In this document: piece after piece, positions 38,620 to 48,041 of the stretch
How the letters are laid out: each line of letters opens with the position of its first letter
How positions within the stretch are numbered: the stretch's first letter is position 1
Assembly: GCA_934149275.1 (NCBI GenBank)
Contig: CAKPEG010000004.1
Location: forward strand, 1,806-65,805
DNA length: 64,000 bases
Direction of reading: 5' to 3'
DNA from: an uncultured Clostridia bacterium
GTDB lineage: Bacteria > Bacillota > Clostridia > TANB77 > CAG-508
Made by a program: the position numbers and the translations under genes
The notes under the pieces: model-generated
What the model was told of the DNA's origin: nothing
What the model saw: only the letters and a program-made list of their open reading frames with translations
Database searches by the model: none

Positions 38620-40059
38620 ATGAAAACATATTTAAGAAAAACAAAAATTGTTGGAACAATAGGACCTGCAAGTGAAAACAAATTACCAGAATTATTCAAA
38701 GCTGGATTAAACGTTTGTAGAGTTAACTATTCACACGGAAGCTATGATGAACAAAAAGAAAAAACAGAAACAATAATCAAATTAAGAGAAGAATTAGATT
38801 TACCAATTCCAATGATACTTGATATGCAAGGACCAGAAATTAGAACTGGTATGTTAGTAACAGGAAAAAATGAAAAAATTCAATTAGAGGATGGACAAAA
38901 ATTCGTATTAGTAAACGAAGATATTATAGGAGACAAAGACAGAGTTTCAGTTTCTTATAAAAACTTATATCAAGATGTTAAACCAGGATCTAAAATATTA
39001 ATAGATGATGGTGCAATCGAATTAGTTGTTGACGAAATAGTTGACAAAGATATTCATTGTACAGTAGTTCATGGTAACGGATTAGGAAGCAGAAAAACTA
39101 TGAACCTACCAGGAACAGCAGTAAGATTACCAGCATTAAAAGAAAAAGATATAAACGATTTAAAAACAGCTTGTGAACATGGATATGATTTCGTAGCAAT
39201 GTCATTCACAAGAGGTAAAGATGATATAGACCAAGTTAGAAAAGTATTAGATGATAACGGTGGAAAAGACATAATGATAATAACAAAAGTTGAAAATGTT
39301 GAAGGATTAGAGCATATGGAAGAAATCGTTGAAAATGCTGATGCTCAAATGATTGCTCGTGGTGATATGGCAACAGAAACAGACTTCACAGAACCACCAA
39401 TTATGCAAAAGAAATTCATCAAATTATCAAACAGAGCTAATAAACCAGCTATAACAGCTACACAAATGCTTGAATCAATGACTCATAATCCATTACCAAC
39501 AAGAGCTGAAGCTAACGATGTTGCTAATGCAATTTATGATAGAACAAGTGCTGTAATGTTATCAGGAGAATGTGCAATGGGTGAATATCCAGTAGAGTGC
39601 GTTGCAACAATGGATAAAATAGCAAGAAGAACAGAACCAACAATTAATTACTGGAAGAGATTCGAAGAAAATGATAACTATGAATTAAAAGATTTAGAAG
39701 ATAATATCGCTTATACAACATGTGTATTAGCTAAAAATGTAAAAGCTGATGCAATTGTATGCTATACTCATACAGGAAATTCAGCAAGAAGATTAGCTGG
39801 ACTTGGAGCAGGATGCCCAATATTAGTTGTTACAGATAACAAGAGAACATTCCGCCAATTAGGACTTGCTTGGAACGTATTCCCAGTATTTATAGAAAAC
39901 AAAGGTAATATCAATGCTGTAATTAAAGAAGGAATTGAAAAACATAAAAAATTAGGAAACTTAGAAGCAGGTGACAAAGTAGTTGTTGCTGGTGGAGATC
40001 AAATATTACCAGATTACAAATCAAGCAAAGCTATCGGAGGATTCTTAACAATAGAATAA
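38620..40059 (+). CDS. pyk: pyruvate kinase
   Basis: Motifs KIVGTIGPAS, NVCRVNYSHG, MIARGDMATE, MLSGECAMGEYP. Confidence 0.95.
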   Translation: MKTYLRKTKIVGTIGPASENKLPELFKAGLNVCRVNYSHGSYDEQKEKTETIIKLREELDLPIPMILDMQGPEIRTGMLVTGKNEKIQLEDGQKFVLVNEDIIGDKDRVSVSYKNLYQDVKPGSKILIDDGAIELVVDEIVDKDIHCTVVHGNGLGSRKTMNLPGTAVRLPALKEKDINDLKTACEHGYDFVAMSFTRGKDDIDQVRKVLDDNGGKDIMIITKVENVEGLEHMEEIVENADAQMIARGDMATETDFTEPPIMQKKFIKLSNRANKPAITATQMLESMTHNPLPTRAEANDVANAIYDRTSAVMLSGECAMGEYPVECVATMDKIARRTEPTINYWKRFEENDNYELKDLEDNIAYTTCVLAKNVKADAIVCYTHTGNSARRLAGLGAGCPILVVTDNKRTFRQLGLAWNVFPVFIENKGNINAVIKEGIEKHKKLGNLEAGDKVVVAGGDQILPDYKSSKAIGGFLTIE

Positions 40060-40187
40060 TAAAATTAATATAATTTTAACAATTAAATAATAAAATGTAA
40101 TAAAGGGGGAAACAAATAACCGATACAATAAATTTAATTATTATATCAAAAAGTTTCTCCCTTTTTGTATAAAAAGGAGGAATAAAT

Positions 40188-40844
40188 ATGGAAGACACAT
40201 TACAATCAACAAATAAAACATTAGCACAAACTTTTTTATGGATGTTCCTAGGATTATTAAGCACAGGAATAATTGCAGCAATTACTTACTACACAGGAGC
40301 AATTATCGAAATTGCAAATAGTTGGCAAGTAATATTAATTGCACAAGTTGTAATAGCAATTGTATTTGGACTATTTTTTCATAAGTTATCATCAGGAATG
40401 GTAACACTATTATTTTTTGGATATTCAATGATAACAGGATTAACATTTTCAGTTATATTTGCAGCTTTTGAACTAACAACAATTGCATATGCATTATTTG
40501 CAACATCAGCTTTCTTCGGAATATTAGCTTATATTGGATACAAAACAGAAAAAGATTTAAGCAGTTTTGGAACAATATTAATGGCAGCTTTAATTGTTGC
40601 TTTAATATTAACATTAGTAAACTTCTTTATTGGAAGTGATGGACTAGACATAATTTTAGATTGGGCTATTCTTGGGATATTTGCTGGATTAACAGCATAT
40701 GACATGAACAAAGTAAAAATGATGTCAGAAACTTATGGATATGATCAAGAAAAAGTTGCAATATATGGAGCTATGCAATTATACTTAGATTTTATTAATA
40801 TGTTCTTAAGAATATTAGAAATCTTTGGAGATAGAAGAAATTAG
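40188..40844 (+). CDS. Bax inhibitor-1 / YccA family membrane protein
   Basis: Seven hydrophobic helices and a C-terminal GAMQLYLDFINMFLRIL motif. Confidence 0.85.
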   Translation: MEDTLQSTNKTLAQTFLWMFLGLLSTGIIAAITYYTGAIIEIANSWQVILIAQVVIAIVFGLFFHKLSSGMVTLLFFGYSMITGLTFSVIFAAFELTTIAYALFATSAFFGILAYIGYKTEKDLSSFGTILMAALIVALILTLVNFFIGSDGLDIILDWAILGIFAGLTAYDMNKVKMMSETYGYDQEKVAIYGAMQLYLDFINMFLRILEIFGDRRN

Positions 40845-40846
40845 AA

Positions 40847-40872
40847 AAGTTAGTGCTAGCCACTAACTTTTT
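40847..40872 (+). terminator. intrinsic terminator
   Basis: Stem AAGTTAGTG / CACTAACTT followed by TTTT. Confidence 0.7.
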
Positions 40873-41020
40873 ATATAATAGGAAAGTTCTCTGAACTTCC
40901 TATTATATAAAAATAATAATGCACAAAAATTTGCTTTGCAAATTTCGCACACGAACAAAGACGTGGACTTAAAAATGTTACAATCAGTACAAAGGCTATA
41001 AATAGCCCGCTTTTGTTCTA
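40872..41020 (+). repeat. Family-B structured repeat, copy B2
   Basis: Colinear with 32909-33056, with the same three hairpins and an internal TGTTACAAT box. Confidence 0.85.
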
Positions 41021-41037
41021 TATACATAGAGGTAGAA

Positions 41038-41385
41038 ATGAAAAAATTTATATTAGCATTTAAATTTGCATTTTCAGGATTGTTTAATGCAATAAAAAAA
41101 GAAAGAAATATGAAAATACATCTACTAGCAGTAGTTGCTGTTTTAATAATGGGATATGTATATAAAATATCTAATGTAGAATGGATGATTTGCATAGTTT
41201 TATTTGGACTAGTAATATCATCAGAACTTATCAATACAGGAATAGAACAAACAGTTAATCTAGTGACAGAAGAAAAAAATCCTATAGCCAAATACGCAAA
41301 AGATGTTTCGGCAGGAGCAGTACTTGTAAATGCAATAGTTTCAGCTATAATAGCAGGAATTATATGGATTCCAAAAATTTTTTAA
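41038..41385 (+). CDS. dgkA: diacylglycerol / undecaprenol kinase family protein
   Basis: 115 aa with 3 TM segments. Motifs NMKIHLL, SELINTGIE, AKDVSAGAVL. Confidence 0.85.
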   Translation: MKKFILAFKFAFSGLFNAIKKERNMKIHLLAVVAVLIMGYVYKISNVEWMICIVLFGLVISSELINTGIEQTVNLVTEEKNPIAKYAKDVSAGAVLVNAIVSAIIAGIIWIPKIF

Positions 41386-41672
41386 ATAAGTTCATAATTA
41401 GTTCATAAATATTTGCTATATTAATAACAGTTTAGAAGTAGTTTTTTTATATTTTCATTATCCCCTTTTAAATGAAAAATAGCTACTTCTAATTTTTATA
41501 TAAGGAAGATTATTTAAGTTTCATATTGCATAAAAAAATGGACATTTTTAAAATTTACAATTTAAATTCGAGGCTTTGTTTACTTGTGAAATCAGGAAAG
41601 CAATTTTATGTGCATTGATGAAATTATAGTATTAACATTCAATTATATAAATAAAAAAATAAAGAGGTAAAA

Positions 41673-42344
41673 ATGTTTAAAATATTAGTAGTAGAAGATG
41701 ATAAAAATTTAAGAAAACTTATAGTAACATGTTTGGAAAAAGCAAGTTACACAGTATTTGAAACTCACAACGGAGAAGAAGCACTAGATTTGATGGATAA
41801 AGAATATGTAGACTTAATAGTTACAGATATAATGATGCCAGAAATGGACGGATATGAATTAATAAAATCATTAAGAGAAGCAAATTATAATACACCCATA
41901 CTGATTATAACTGCTAAAGAAGACATTGAAGATAAGAGACAAGGCTTTAATTTAGGTGCAGATGATTACATGGTTAAACCAATAAATATTGATGAATTAA
42001 TTTTAAGAGTCAAATCATTACTTAGACGAAGCAATCAGGCAAATGAAAGAAAAATAAAAATTGGTGAAGTGGAATTGGATTATGATAAGTTAGAAGTAAA
42101 AAAGCAAGGAAAAGTATACCAGCTAACTCAAAAAGAATTTTATTTATTATACAAGCTTTTAAGCACTCCGGATACAATTTATAAAAGGCAAGATTTGATA
42201 GAAGAAATTTGGGGATTAGAAAACGAATCAGATTTCAGAACTGTTGATGTACATATAAAAAGATTAAGGGAAAAACTCGAAGAAATAAAAGAATTTGAAA
42301 TTGTAACAATAAGAGGAATAGGATATAAAGCAATAATAAAATAA
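41673..42344 (+). CDS. OmpR/PhoB-family response regulator
   Basis: Receiver domain (ILVVEDD, DLIVTDIMMPEMDG, KP) and a winged-helix C-terminus (VHIKRLREKL, IRGIGYK). Confidence 0.92.
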   Translation: MFKILVVEDDKNLRKLIVTCLEKASYTVFETHNGEEALDLMDKEYVDLIVTDIMMPEMDGYELIKSLREANYNTPILIITAKEDIEDKRQGFNLGADDYMVKPINIDELILRVKSLLRRSNQANERKIKIGEVELDYDKLEVKKQGKVYQLTQKEFYLLYKLLSTPDTIYKRQDLIEEIWGLENESDFRTVDVHIKRLREKLEEIKEFEIVTIRGIGYKAIIK

Positions 42345-42354
42345 GAGGTAAAAA

Positions 42355-43476
42355 ATGTTTGAGAAAATTTTTGGAAGGCATAAATCATTACAAAGAAATT
42401 TAATAAAAGAATTTGTTGTTGTATTTGTTGCATTAATACTATTATCAATTTCCGTATTTTATTTTAGTGTAAATAATGCAATAGAAAGAGAACTTAAAAA
42501 TTCAGCTGAAACAGGAGAAAGTATCAATTCAAGCGAAATTGTATCAATAGTAAGAAGAAGTATAACAATATCAATAGGAACAACTCTTATATTTATAGTA
42601 GTTATAATGAGATATAGTGCCAAAAAAATATTAAAGCCAATTAATCAAATAAATGGGGCAATGCAAAAAGTTGCAGCAGGTGATTTTGAGGTACATTTAG
42701 AAACCCAAAGAGAAGATGAGATTGGTGAACTGACTAAAAATTTTAATGTAATGGTAAAAGATTTAGGAGAAATAGAAGTGTTGCAAAAAGACTTTATAAA
42801 TAACATGTCACATGAAATGAAAACACCTATAAGCTCAATAAAAGGTTTCGCACAATTACTTGAAGAAGCGGATTTGACAGAAGAAGAAAAGAAGGAGTAT
42901 ATAGGAATAATTGTTGAGGAATCTGATCGATTATTAAATATAAGCAGTAATATTTTAAAACTTTCTAAATTACAAAATAAAGAAAAATTAAATAATAAAA
43001 AAGACGTAAACATCGGTGAGCAAATTAAGAAAGTAATTTTATTGTTAGAAAATAAAAGAGCAGAAAAACAGATAGAAATAAATTATGATTTACCTGATAC
43101 AGTAATAAATGGAGATGAAGAATTATTACATCAAGTATGGATGAACTTACTTGATAATGCTATAAAATTTACAGAAAATAATGGACATATAAATATTGAA
43201 ATTAAGCCTAAAGAAGAAAAAGCATTGATATACATAAAAGATGACGGAATTGGAATGACAGATGCAGAAAAAAGAAAAGCTTTTGAAAGATTTTATCAAG
43301 TGGATGAATCTCATGGAAGTGAAGGAAGCGGGCTGGGGTTATCAATTGTAAAAAGAATTATAACGCTTTCGGGTGGCGAAATAAGAATTGAAAGCAAAAA
43401 AGGTAAAGGAACAACATTTATAGTTGAACTACCATATGAAGAAAGTAAAACTAAAAATAAAATAGAAATAAAATAG
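42355..43476 (+). CDS. sensor histidine kinase (HAMP-HisKA-HATPase)
   Basis: Two TM segments, H-box SHEMKTPISSIKGF, N-box NLLDNAIKF, G-boxes DDGIGM and GSGLGLSIV. Confidence 0.92.
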   Translation: MFEKIFGRHKSLQRNLIKEFVVVFVALILLSISVFYFSVNNAIERELKNSAETGESINSSEIVSIVRRSITISIGTTLIFIVVIMRYSAKKILKPINQINGAMQKVAAGDFEVHLETQREDEIGELTKNFNVMVKDLGEIEVLQKDFINNMSHEMKTPISSIKGFAQLLEEADLTEEEKKEYIGIIVEESDRLLNISSNILKLSKLQNKEKLNNKKDVNIGEQIKKVILLLENKRAEKQIEINYDLPDTVINGDEELLHQVWMNLLDNAIKFTENNGHINIEIKPKEEKALIYIKDDGIGMTDAEKRKAFERFYQVDESHGSEGSGLGLSIVKRIITLSGGEIRIESKKGKGTTFIVELPYEESKTKNKIEIK

Positions 43477-43514
43477 TTTTTTTATTAAAAGGCAAGATTA
43501 AATAATGAAGTGCT

Positions 43515-43559
43515 CCTCAAATGTTAGACAAAAATCTAATGTTTGAGGGGTATTTTTTT
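43515..43559 (+). terminator. intrinsic terminator after the two-component operon
   Basis: 14-bp stem CCTCAAATGTTAGA / TCTAATGTTTGAGG (two G-T pairs) followed by a T-run. Confidence 0.75.
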
Positions 43560-43686
43560 ATTGTATAGGAAATTTTTTAGCGATATATATTATAAAAATA
43601 GCAATATACATTATAAAAAAAACGAAAAACAAGGGTTTAAAAAGACTTAAGAACATGATATAATATAACACCAGGAGCGTGATAAA

Positions 43687-45558
43687 ATGAAAAAAACTTT
43701 TAGTATATCAATAATACTTATAATGATATTAGTTTTACAAATGATATTACCATTATACACAAATGCTGTAAAAATAAATAATGAAGAAGAAAAATTAATA
43801 GGAGCAGGAGAAAATTCAATTAATGTAAGCTTAAAACGTGACAGTGAAGATAAAAACAAAATAAATATTACAGCTACAGATTCAGCTTATAAGATAACAG
43901 AGCTAAAATATGTACATAAATATATAAAGATAGAAGAAATAGAATACTTTGAAGCTGATAACGAAGATGTACATACTATTTCAATCACACCTGCTCAAAA
44001 AATAGAGCAATCATTTGAGATGGATGGCTATGGATCATATACAGTATATGTAAAAAATGAAAAAGGTGATAGATATTTAAGTAGAATGACAATAAAAGAT
44101 CCAGCTGAAATGCCTGATATAACTCTAACAAGAGATTCAGATGATATGCGTAAATTAGAAATACAAGTAACAAGCAAAAATAATAAAATAGTAAAAATAA
44201 AAATCGCCAGAAAAGAAAAATATGATGATAAAATCGATTTTGAAACTCAAGGTGAAGAATTAGAATTTGAACCAAGCAATAATGTAACTGTAAAATACAC
44301 ATCAGCTACTCAAAATGGAATATATGTAATATATGCAGAAGATGACCAAGGAAATAAATCAACTTCACAAACATATTTAGGTGAAACTAAAACTCCAATT
44401 CAAGCAAAAACAACATTAGACAATAAAAACAGAAAAGCACAAATAGAAATAGAAGATAGCTTATGCAAAATTGTAAAAGTTAAAGTTGCTAAAAAATCAG
44501 AAATAAATAACATAAACGACTTTAAGACAGAAGGAGAAGATATTGAGATAACATCAGATAATAGAGTTGAAGTAGAATATGTTGCTCCAGAAGATGACAC
44601 ATATATGTTTTATATAGAAGACGAAGCTGGTTACAAGAAAATGATTCAAATGCGAATTACAAAAGAAAATTCTATAGATATTTCTGTTTCACAAGATGAT
44701 AATGACAAGAAAATTGTAACAATAAAAGCAACTGATTCAATTTGCGATATTGTAAAAATAAAAGTTGCATTAGGGGAAAATATCGATAGTGACTACTTTA
44801 AAACAAACGGACAAGAGCTTCAAATAACTCCTGGTAAAGAAGTTGAAGTTAAATGTTCAGTAAGTGAAAATTGTATATTAAATATATATGTTGAAGATGA
44901 AGAGGGATATAAAGTAATTACTACTAGAAATATTATAGGCATACCAGTAGATGATAATAAACCGGACGATAGCAAACCAGATGATAGCAAACCAGATGAT
45001 AGTAAACCAGATGATAGCAAACCAGATGATAGTAAACCAGATGATAGTAAACCAGATGATAGTAAACCAGATGATAGTAAACCAGATGATAGCAAACCAG
45101 ACGATAGCAAACCAGATGATAGCAAACCAGACGATAGCAAACCGGACGATAGTAAACCAGACGATAGCAAACCAGATGATAGCAAACCAGATGACAACAA
45201 ATCAGATGATAACAAGCAAGATGACAGTAAATCAGACAATAACAAACAAGATAATAATAAATCAGACGATAATAAGTCAGATAATAATAATAAAAACAGC
45301 AATACTCAAAATGATAATAAACAACAAAATAACAATTCAAACAATAATAAACAAAATAATACAAACAACAATTCAAATCAAAAAGAAACAACAACTAATA
45401 ATCAATCAAATATAAATAATAATTCAGCAAACAGTTCAACAACAAGCCAAAACAATTTACCTAAAACAGGTTGGAACAACATAATGTTAGTAATAACAAC
45501 TGTAATTGTTGCAATTTGTGCAGTTGTAAGTTTTGTGAAATATAAGAAAATAAAATAA
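43687..45558 (+). CDS. LPXTG-anchored cell-wall surface protein with four ~90-aa repeat domains and a PDDSK/N-rich stalk
   Basis: Signal peptide, four related beta-rich modules (..IVK[IV]K[IV]A..), a PDDSK x15 stalk, and an LPKTG sorting motif followed by a hydrophobic helix and a KYKKIK tail. Confidence 0.9.
   Translation: MKKTFSISIILIMILVLQMILPLYTNAVKINNEEEKLIGAGENSINVSLKRDSEDKNKINITATDSAYKITELKYVHKYIKIEEIEYFEADNEDVHTISITPAQKIEQSFEMDGYGSYTVYVKNEKGDRYLSRMTIKDPAEMPDITLTRDSDDMRKLEIQVTSKNNKIVKIKIARKEKYDDKIDFETQGEELEFEPSNNVTVKYTSATQNGIYVIYAEDDQGNKSTSQTYLGETKTPIQAKTTLDNKNRKAQIEIEDSLCKIVKVKVAKKSEINNINDFKTEGEDIEITSDNRVEVEYVAPEDDTYMFYIEDEAGYKKMIQMRITKENSIDISVSQDDNDKKIVTIKATDSICDIVKIKVALGENIDSDYFKTNGQELQITPGKEVEVKCSVSENCILNIYVEDEEGYKVITTRNIIGIPVDDNKPDDSKPDDSKPDDSKPDDSKPDDSKPDDSKPDDSKPDDSKPDDSKPDDSKPDDSKPDDSKPDDSKPDDSKPDDSKPDDNKSDDNKQDDSKSDNNKQDNNKSDDNKSDNNNKNSNTQNDNKQQNNNSNNNKQNNTNNNSNQKETTTNNQSNINNNSANSSTTSQNNLPKTGWNNIMLVITTVIVAICAVVSFVKYKKIK
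44962..45201 (+). repeat. in-frame 15-bp tandem repeat (CCAGATGATAGYAAA, 15 PDDSK units plus one PDDNK) inside the surface-protein gene
   Basis: Counted directly: 16 consecutive 15-nt units with only synonymous wobble differences. Degenerate units continue to about 45300. Confidence 0.95.
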
Positions 45559-45791
45559 TATGAATGTATTTCAATAGTTGAGATGGAAAACTTGTAAAGT
45601 TTTCTGCCTCAATTAATTATAATGATAAACACTCAGCTATACTGGGAAAAGTAATTTTATTATGATGTAGTATTTGAACTAATAACATTCAAATACAGTT
45701 TGAGATAAAGGTAAGCACAGAGTTTTTTAAGCTTCTGTGCTTTTTGAATATCTATAAATAAAAAGCATAACATTAAATAGGCGGTGATATT

Positions 45792-46574
45792 ATGAAAATA
45801 ATAATCTTTAAAAAGAAAAAAATAATAATCACAACTTTAATAATTATATTTTTAAATATACTAGTTATAAATATTGCACCAGAGATAATTACAAGTTTTG
45901 CATTTGAAAAGAAGAAATATTCAATAATGTCTGAAGAATTAAATGAAAAAATAAAAAATCATATAGAAGAAAATGAGAAAATAGCCTATTTAACATTTGA
46001 TGATGGTCCAAATGCACAAATAACACCAAAGGTACTAAAAATATTAAAAAAGGAAGAAGTCAAAGCAACATTTTTTGTTATTGGAAAAAATGTTGAGGCA
46101 CATCCTGAAATAGTAAAACAAGCATATGAAGAAGGACATTACATTGGAAATCATGGATATAGTCACAATAATTCAATCTTATATAAAAATGATGAAACAT
46201 TTGTGAATGAAATAAGAAAAACGGATGAAGCAATTGGCAAAGCGATTGGAGAAGAAAATTATTCATCAAAAATATTTAGATTTCCAAATGGATTTATGTC
46301 AAAATCATATCGTAAAAGAAAAGATAGAGCAGAAGAGCTATTAAAAGAAATGAATTATTCATATGTAGATTGGAACTGTTTAAATAATGATTCAATAAGA
46401 AAATATTCAAAGTTTCAGTTAGTTGAAAATTTGAAAAAAAGCGCAAAAGACAAAGATATTTTAATAATACTAATGCATGATACAAAAGATGTAAGCAATA
46501 GTTCAGAAGCATTAGAAGATTCAATAAAGTATCTGAAATCAAAAGGTTACCAATTTAAAAATTTCTATGATTAA
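45792..46574 (+). CDS. polysaccharide deacetylase (NodB-homology) family protein
   Basis: N-terminal TM, then LTFDDGPN, ATFFVIG, GNHGYSH and LMHD. Confidence 0.88.
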   Translation: MKIIIFKKKKIIITTLIIIFLNILVINIAPEIITSFAFEKKKYSIMSEELNEKIKNHIEENEKIAYLTFDDGPNAQITPKVLKILKKEEVKATFFVIGKNVEAHPEIVKQAYEEGHYIGNHGYSHNNSILYKNDETFVNEIRKTDEAIGKAIGEENYSSKIFRFPNGFMSKSYRKRKDRAEELLKEMNYSYVDWNCLNNDSIRKYSKFQLVENLKKSAKDKDILIILMHDTKDVSNSSEALEDSIKYLKSKGYQFKNFYD

Positions 46575-46661
46575 TTCAAAAAACGTTAATGAAATATTTA
46601 TGATACAAACCATTTATTGTCTAATACATTATTAAGTGATATATTATATATGGTGATAAAA

Positions 46662-47108
46662 ATGGATAAAATTTTAACTTTTGTAGTAAATGAATATAAT
46701 GAAATATTGTTATTAAAAGGTAGTGAAAATGATCCTCAATTCAAAAAATCATTTTGGTATGTAGTAACTGGAGGATGTGAGAAATGTGATTTGAATAGAG
46801 AGGAAACAGTAAAAAGAGAAATAAAAGAAGAAACCGGAATAGATAATATAAAAGATATTTTTTATTTGAATTGGATATTTAAATATACTTCACTTGGAAT
46901 AGAATGCACGGAATATGCATATATAACATTTGTACAAAAAGAAGAAATAATATTGAATGAAGAAAATATTGATTATAAATGGTGTGATAAAAAAGAATTT
47001 TTAGAAAAAATAAAATGGTATGGCGATAAGAATAAATTAGATAAAGTTTTAACAAAAGCTTTAGAGAAAAAAATATATTTTGAAAATGAAAAAATAGAAA
47101 ATTTTTAA
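46662..47108 (+). CDS. NUDIX hydrolase
   Basis: Nudix-box-like GGCEKCDLNREETVKREIKEETGI. Start placed at MDKIL after a GGTGA RBS. Confidence 0.75.
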   Translation: MDKILTFVVNEYNEILLLKGSENDPQFKKSFWYVVTGGCEKCDLNREETVKREIKEETGIDNIKDIFYLNWIFKYTSLGIECTEYAYITFVQKEEIILNEENIDYKWCDKKEFLEKIKWYGDKNKLDKVLTKALEKKIYFENEKIENF

Positions 47109-47234
47109 AAATAGATACTCATGTGTCTATTTTTTCTTTTTAATAATATTTATAAAAATATGTACAAAAATGAAAAAGTATGGTAAGATATACAAGTAAT
47201 TTATTACGTAAAATCAAAAAAGGAGGAATTAATC

Positions 47235-47963
47235 ATGTCAGGACATAGCAAATGGCATAATATTGCAGCTAAAAAAGGAAAGGCTGATGCTGCAAGAGGA
47301 AAAGTTTTTACAAAACTAGGTAGAGAATTATTAATAGCAGTAAAACAAGGTGGTCCAGATCCTGCGGGTAATTCTAAATTAAAAGATGTTATAGCAAAAT
47401 GTAAGGCAGCAAACATGCCAAATGATACAATTAACAATGCAATCAAAAAAGCTTCTGGATCAACAGATTCAGCAAACTACGAAGAAATTACATATGAAGG
47501 ATATGGAGTTTCAGGAGTAGCTGTAATTGTTAATGCATCAACAGATAATAGAAATAGAACAGCTGCTGATATTAGACATGTATTTGATAAAGCAGGAGGA
47601 AACCTAGGAACAACAGGTTGTGTATCATATATGTTTGAGAAAAAAGGTGTTATAGTAATAGATAAAGAAAGTACAGATATGTCAGAGGATGACTTAATGT
47701 TACTTGCAATTGATGCTGGAGCAGAAGATTTCGAAGCACAAGATGACTGCTATGAAATAACAACAGCACCAGAGAACTTCTCAAAGGTTAGAGAAGAACT
47801 TGAGAAAAACAATTTATCATTCGTTGAAGCAGAAGTAAGAATGATACCAAATACATATGTTAAATTAAGTGAAAAAGATGCTGAAAGAATGGAAAACTTC
47901 TTAGAGAAATTAGATGACCTAGATGATGTATCAGACGTATATCATAACTGGGATGAAGAATAA
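47235..47963 (+). CDS. yebC: YebC/PmpR family DNA-binding regulator
   Basis: MSGHSKWHNIAAKKGKADAARGKVFTKLGREL. Confidence 0.95.
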   Translation: MSGHSKWHNIAAKKGKADAARGKVFTKLGRELLIAVKQGGPDPAGNSKLKDVIAKCKAANMPNDTINNAIKKASGSTDSANYEEITYEGYGVSGVAVIVNASTDNRNRTAADIRHVFDKAGGNLGTTGCVSYMFEKKGVIVIDKESTDMSEDDLMLLAIDAGAEDFEAQDDCYEITTAPENFSKVREELEKNNLSFVEAEVRMIPNTYVKLSEKDAERMENFLEKLDDLDDVSDVYHNWDEE

Positions 47964-47997
47964 AATTAAAAAGGAATTTTTAGAATAATATATGAAT

Positions 47998-48041
47998 AAA
48001 AACCTCCGTTTTATAAAAAATAATAAAAAGGAGGTTTTTTT
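47998..48041 (+). terminator. yebC terminator hairpin whose 3' arm contains the gpr Shine-Dalgarno
   Basis: AAAAACCTCC / GGAGGTTTTT with a 22-nt loop and a T-run ending at the gpr ATG. Confidence 0.6.

Noticed and set aside
44962-45201. Possible CRISPR array suggested by regular short repeats
   Set aside because: The units are contiguous 15-mers with no spacers, in frame within a coding sequence, and no cas genes are present.
44820-45415. Three overlapping ORFs (44820-45302 minus, 44933-45394 minus, 44951-45415 plus) with repetitive LLSSG / YHLV / MIANQ translations
   Set aside because: These are alternative-frame readings of the 15-bp PDDSK tandem repeat inside the LPXTG gene. Only the PDDSK frame is continuous with a signal peptide and a sorting signal.
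45578-45745. Two terminator-like hairpins 100 nt apart after the surface-protein gene, with a TATAAT between them, considered as a small RNA gene
   Set aside because: There is no credible -35 box at proper spacing, only tiny ORFs (10 codons or fewer), and no conservation evidence available from the window. It is not supportable without transcript data.
47998-48041. Hairpin pairing the gpr Shine-Dalgarno (GGAGG) with an upstream CCTCC, considered as a translational control element
   Set aside because: The structure followed by a T-run is adequately explained as the yebC intrinsic terminator. I could not identify a forespore-type promoter whose transcript would include both arms.
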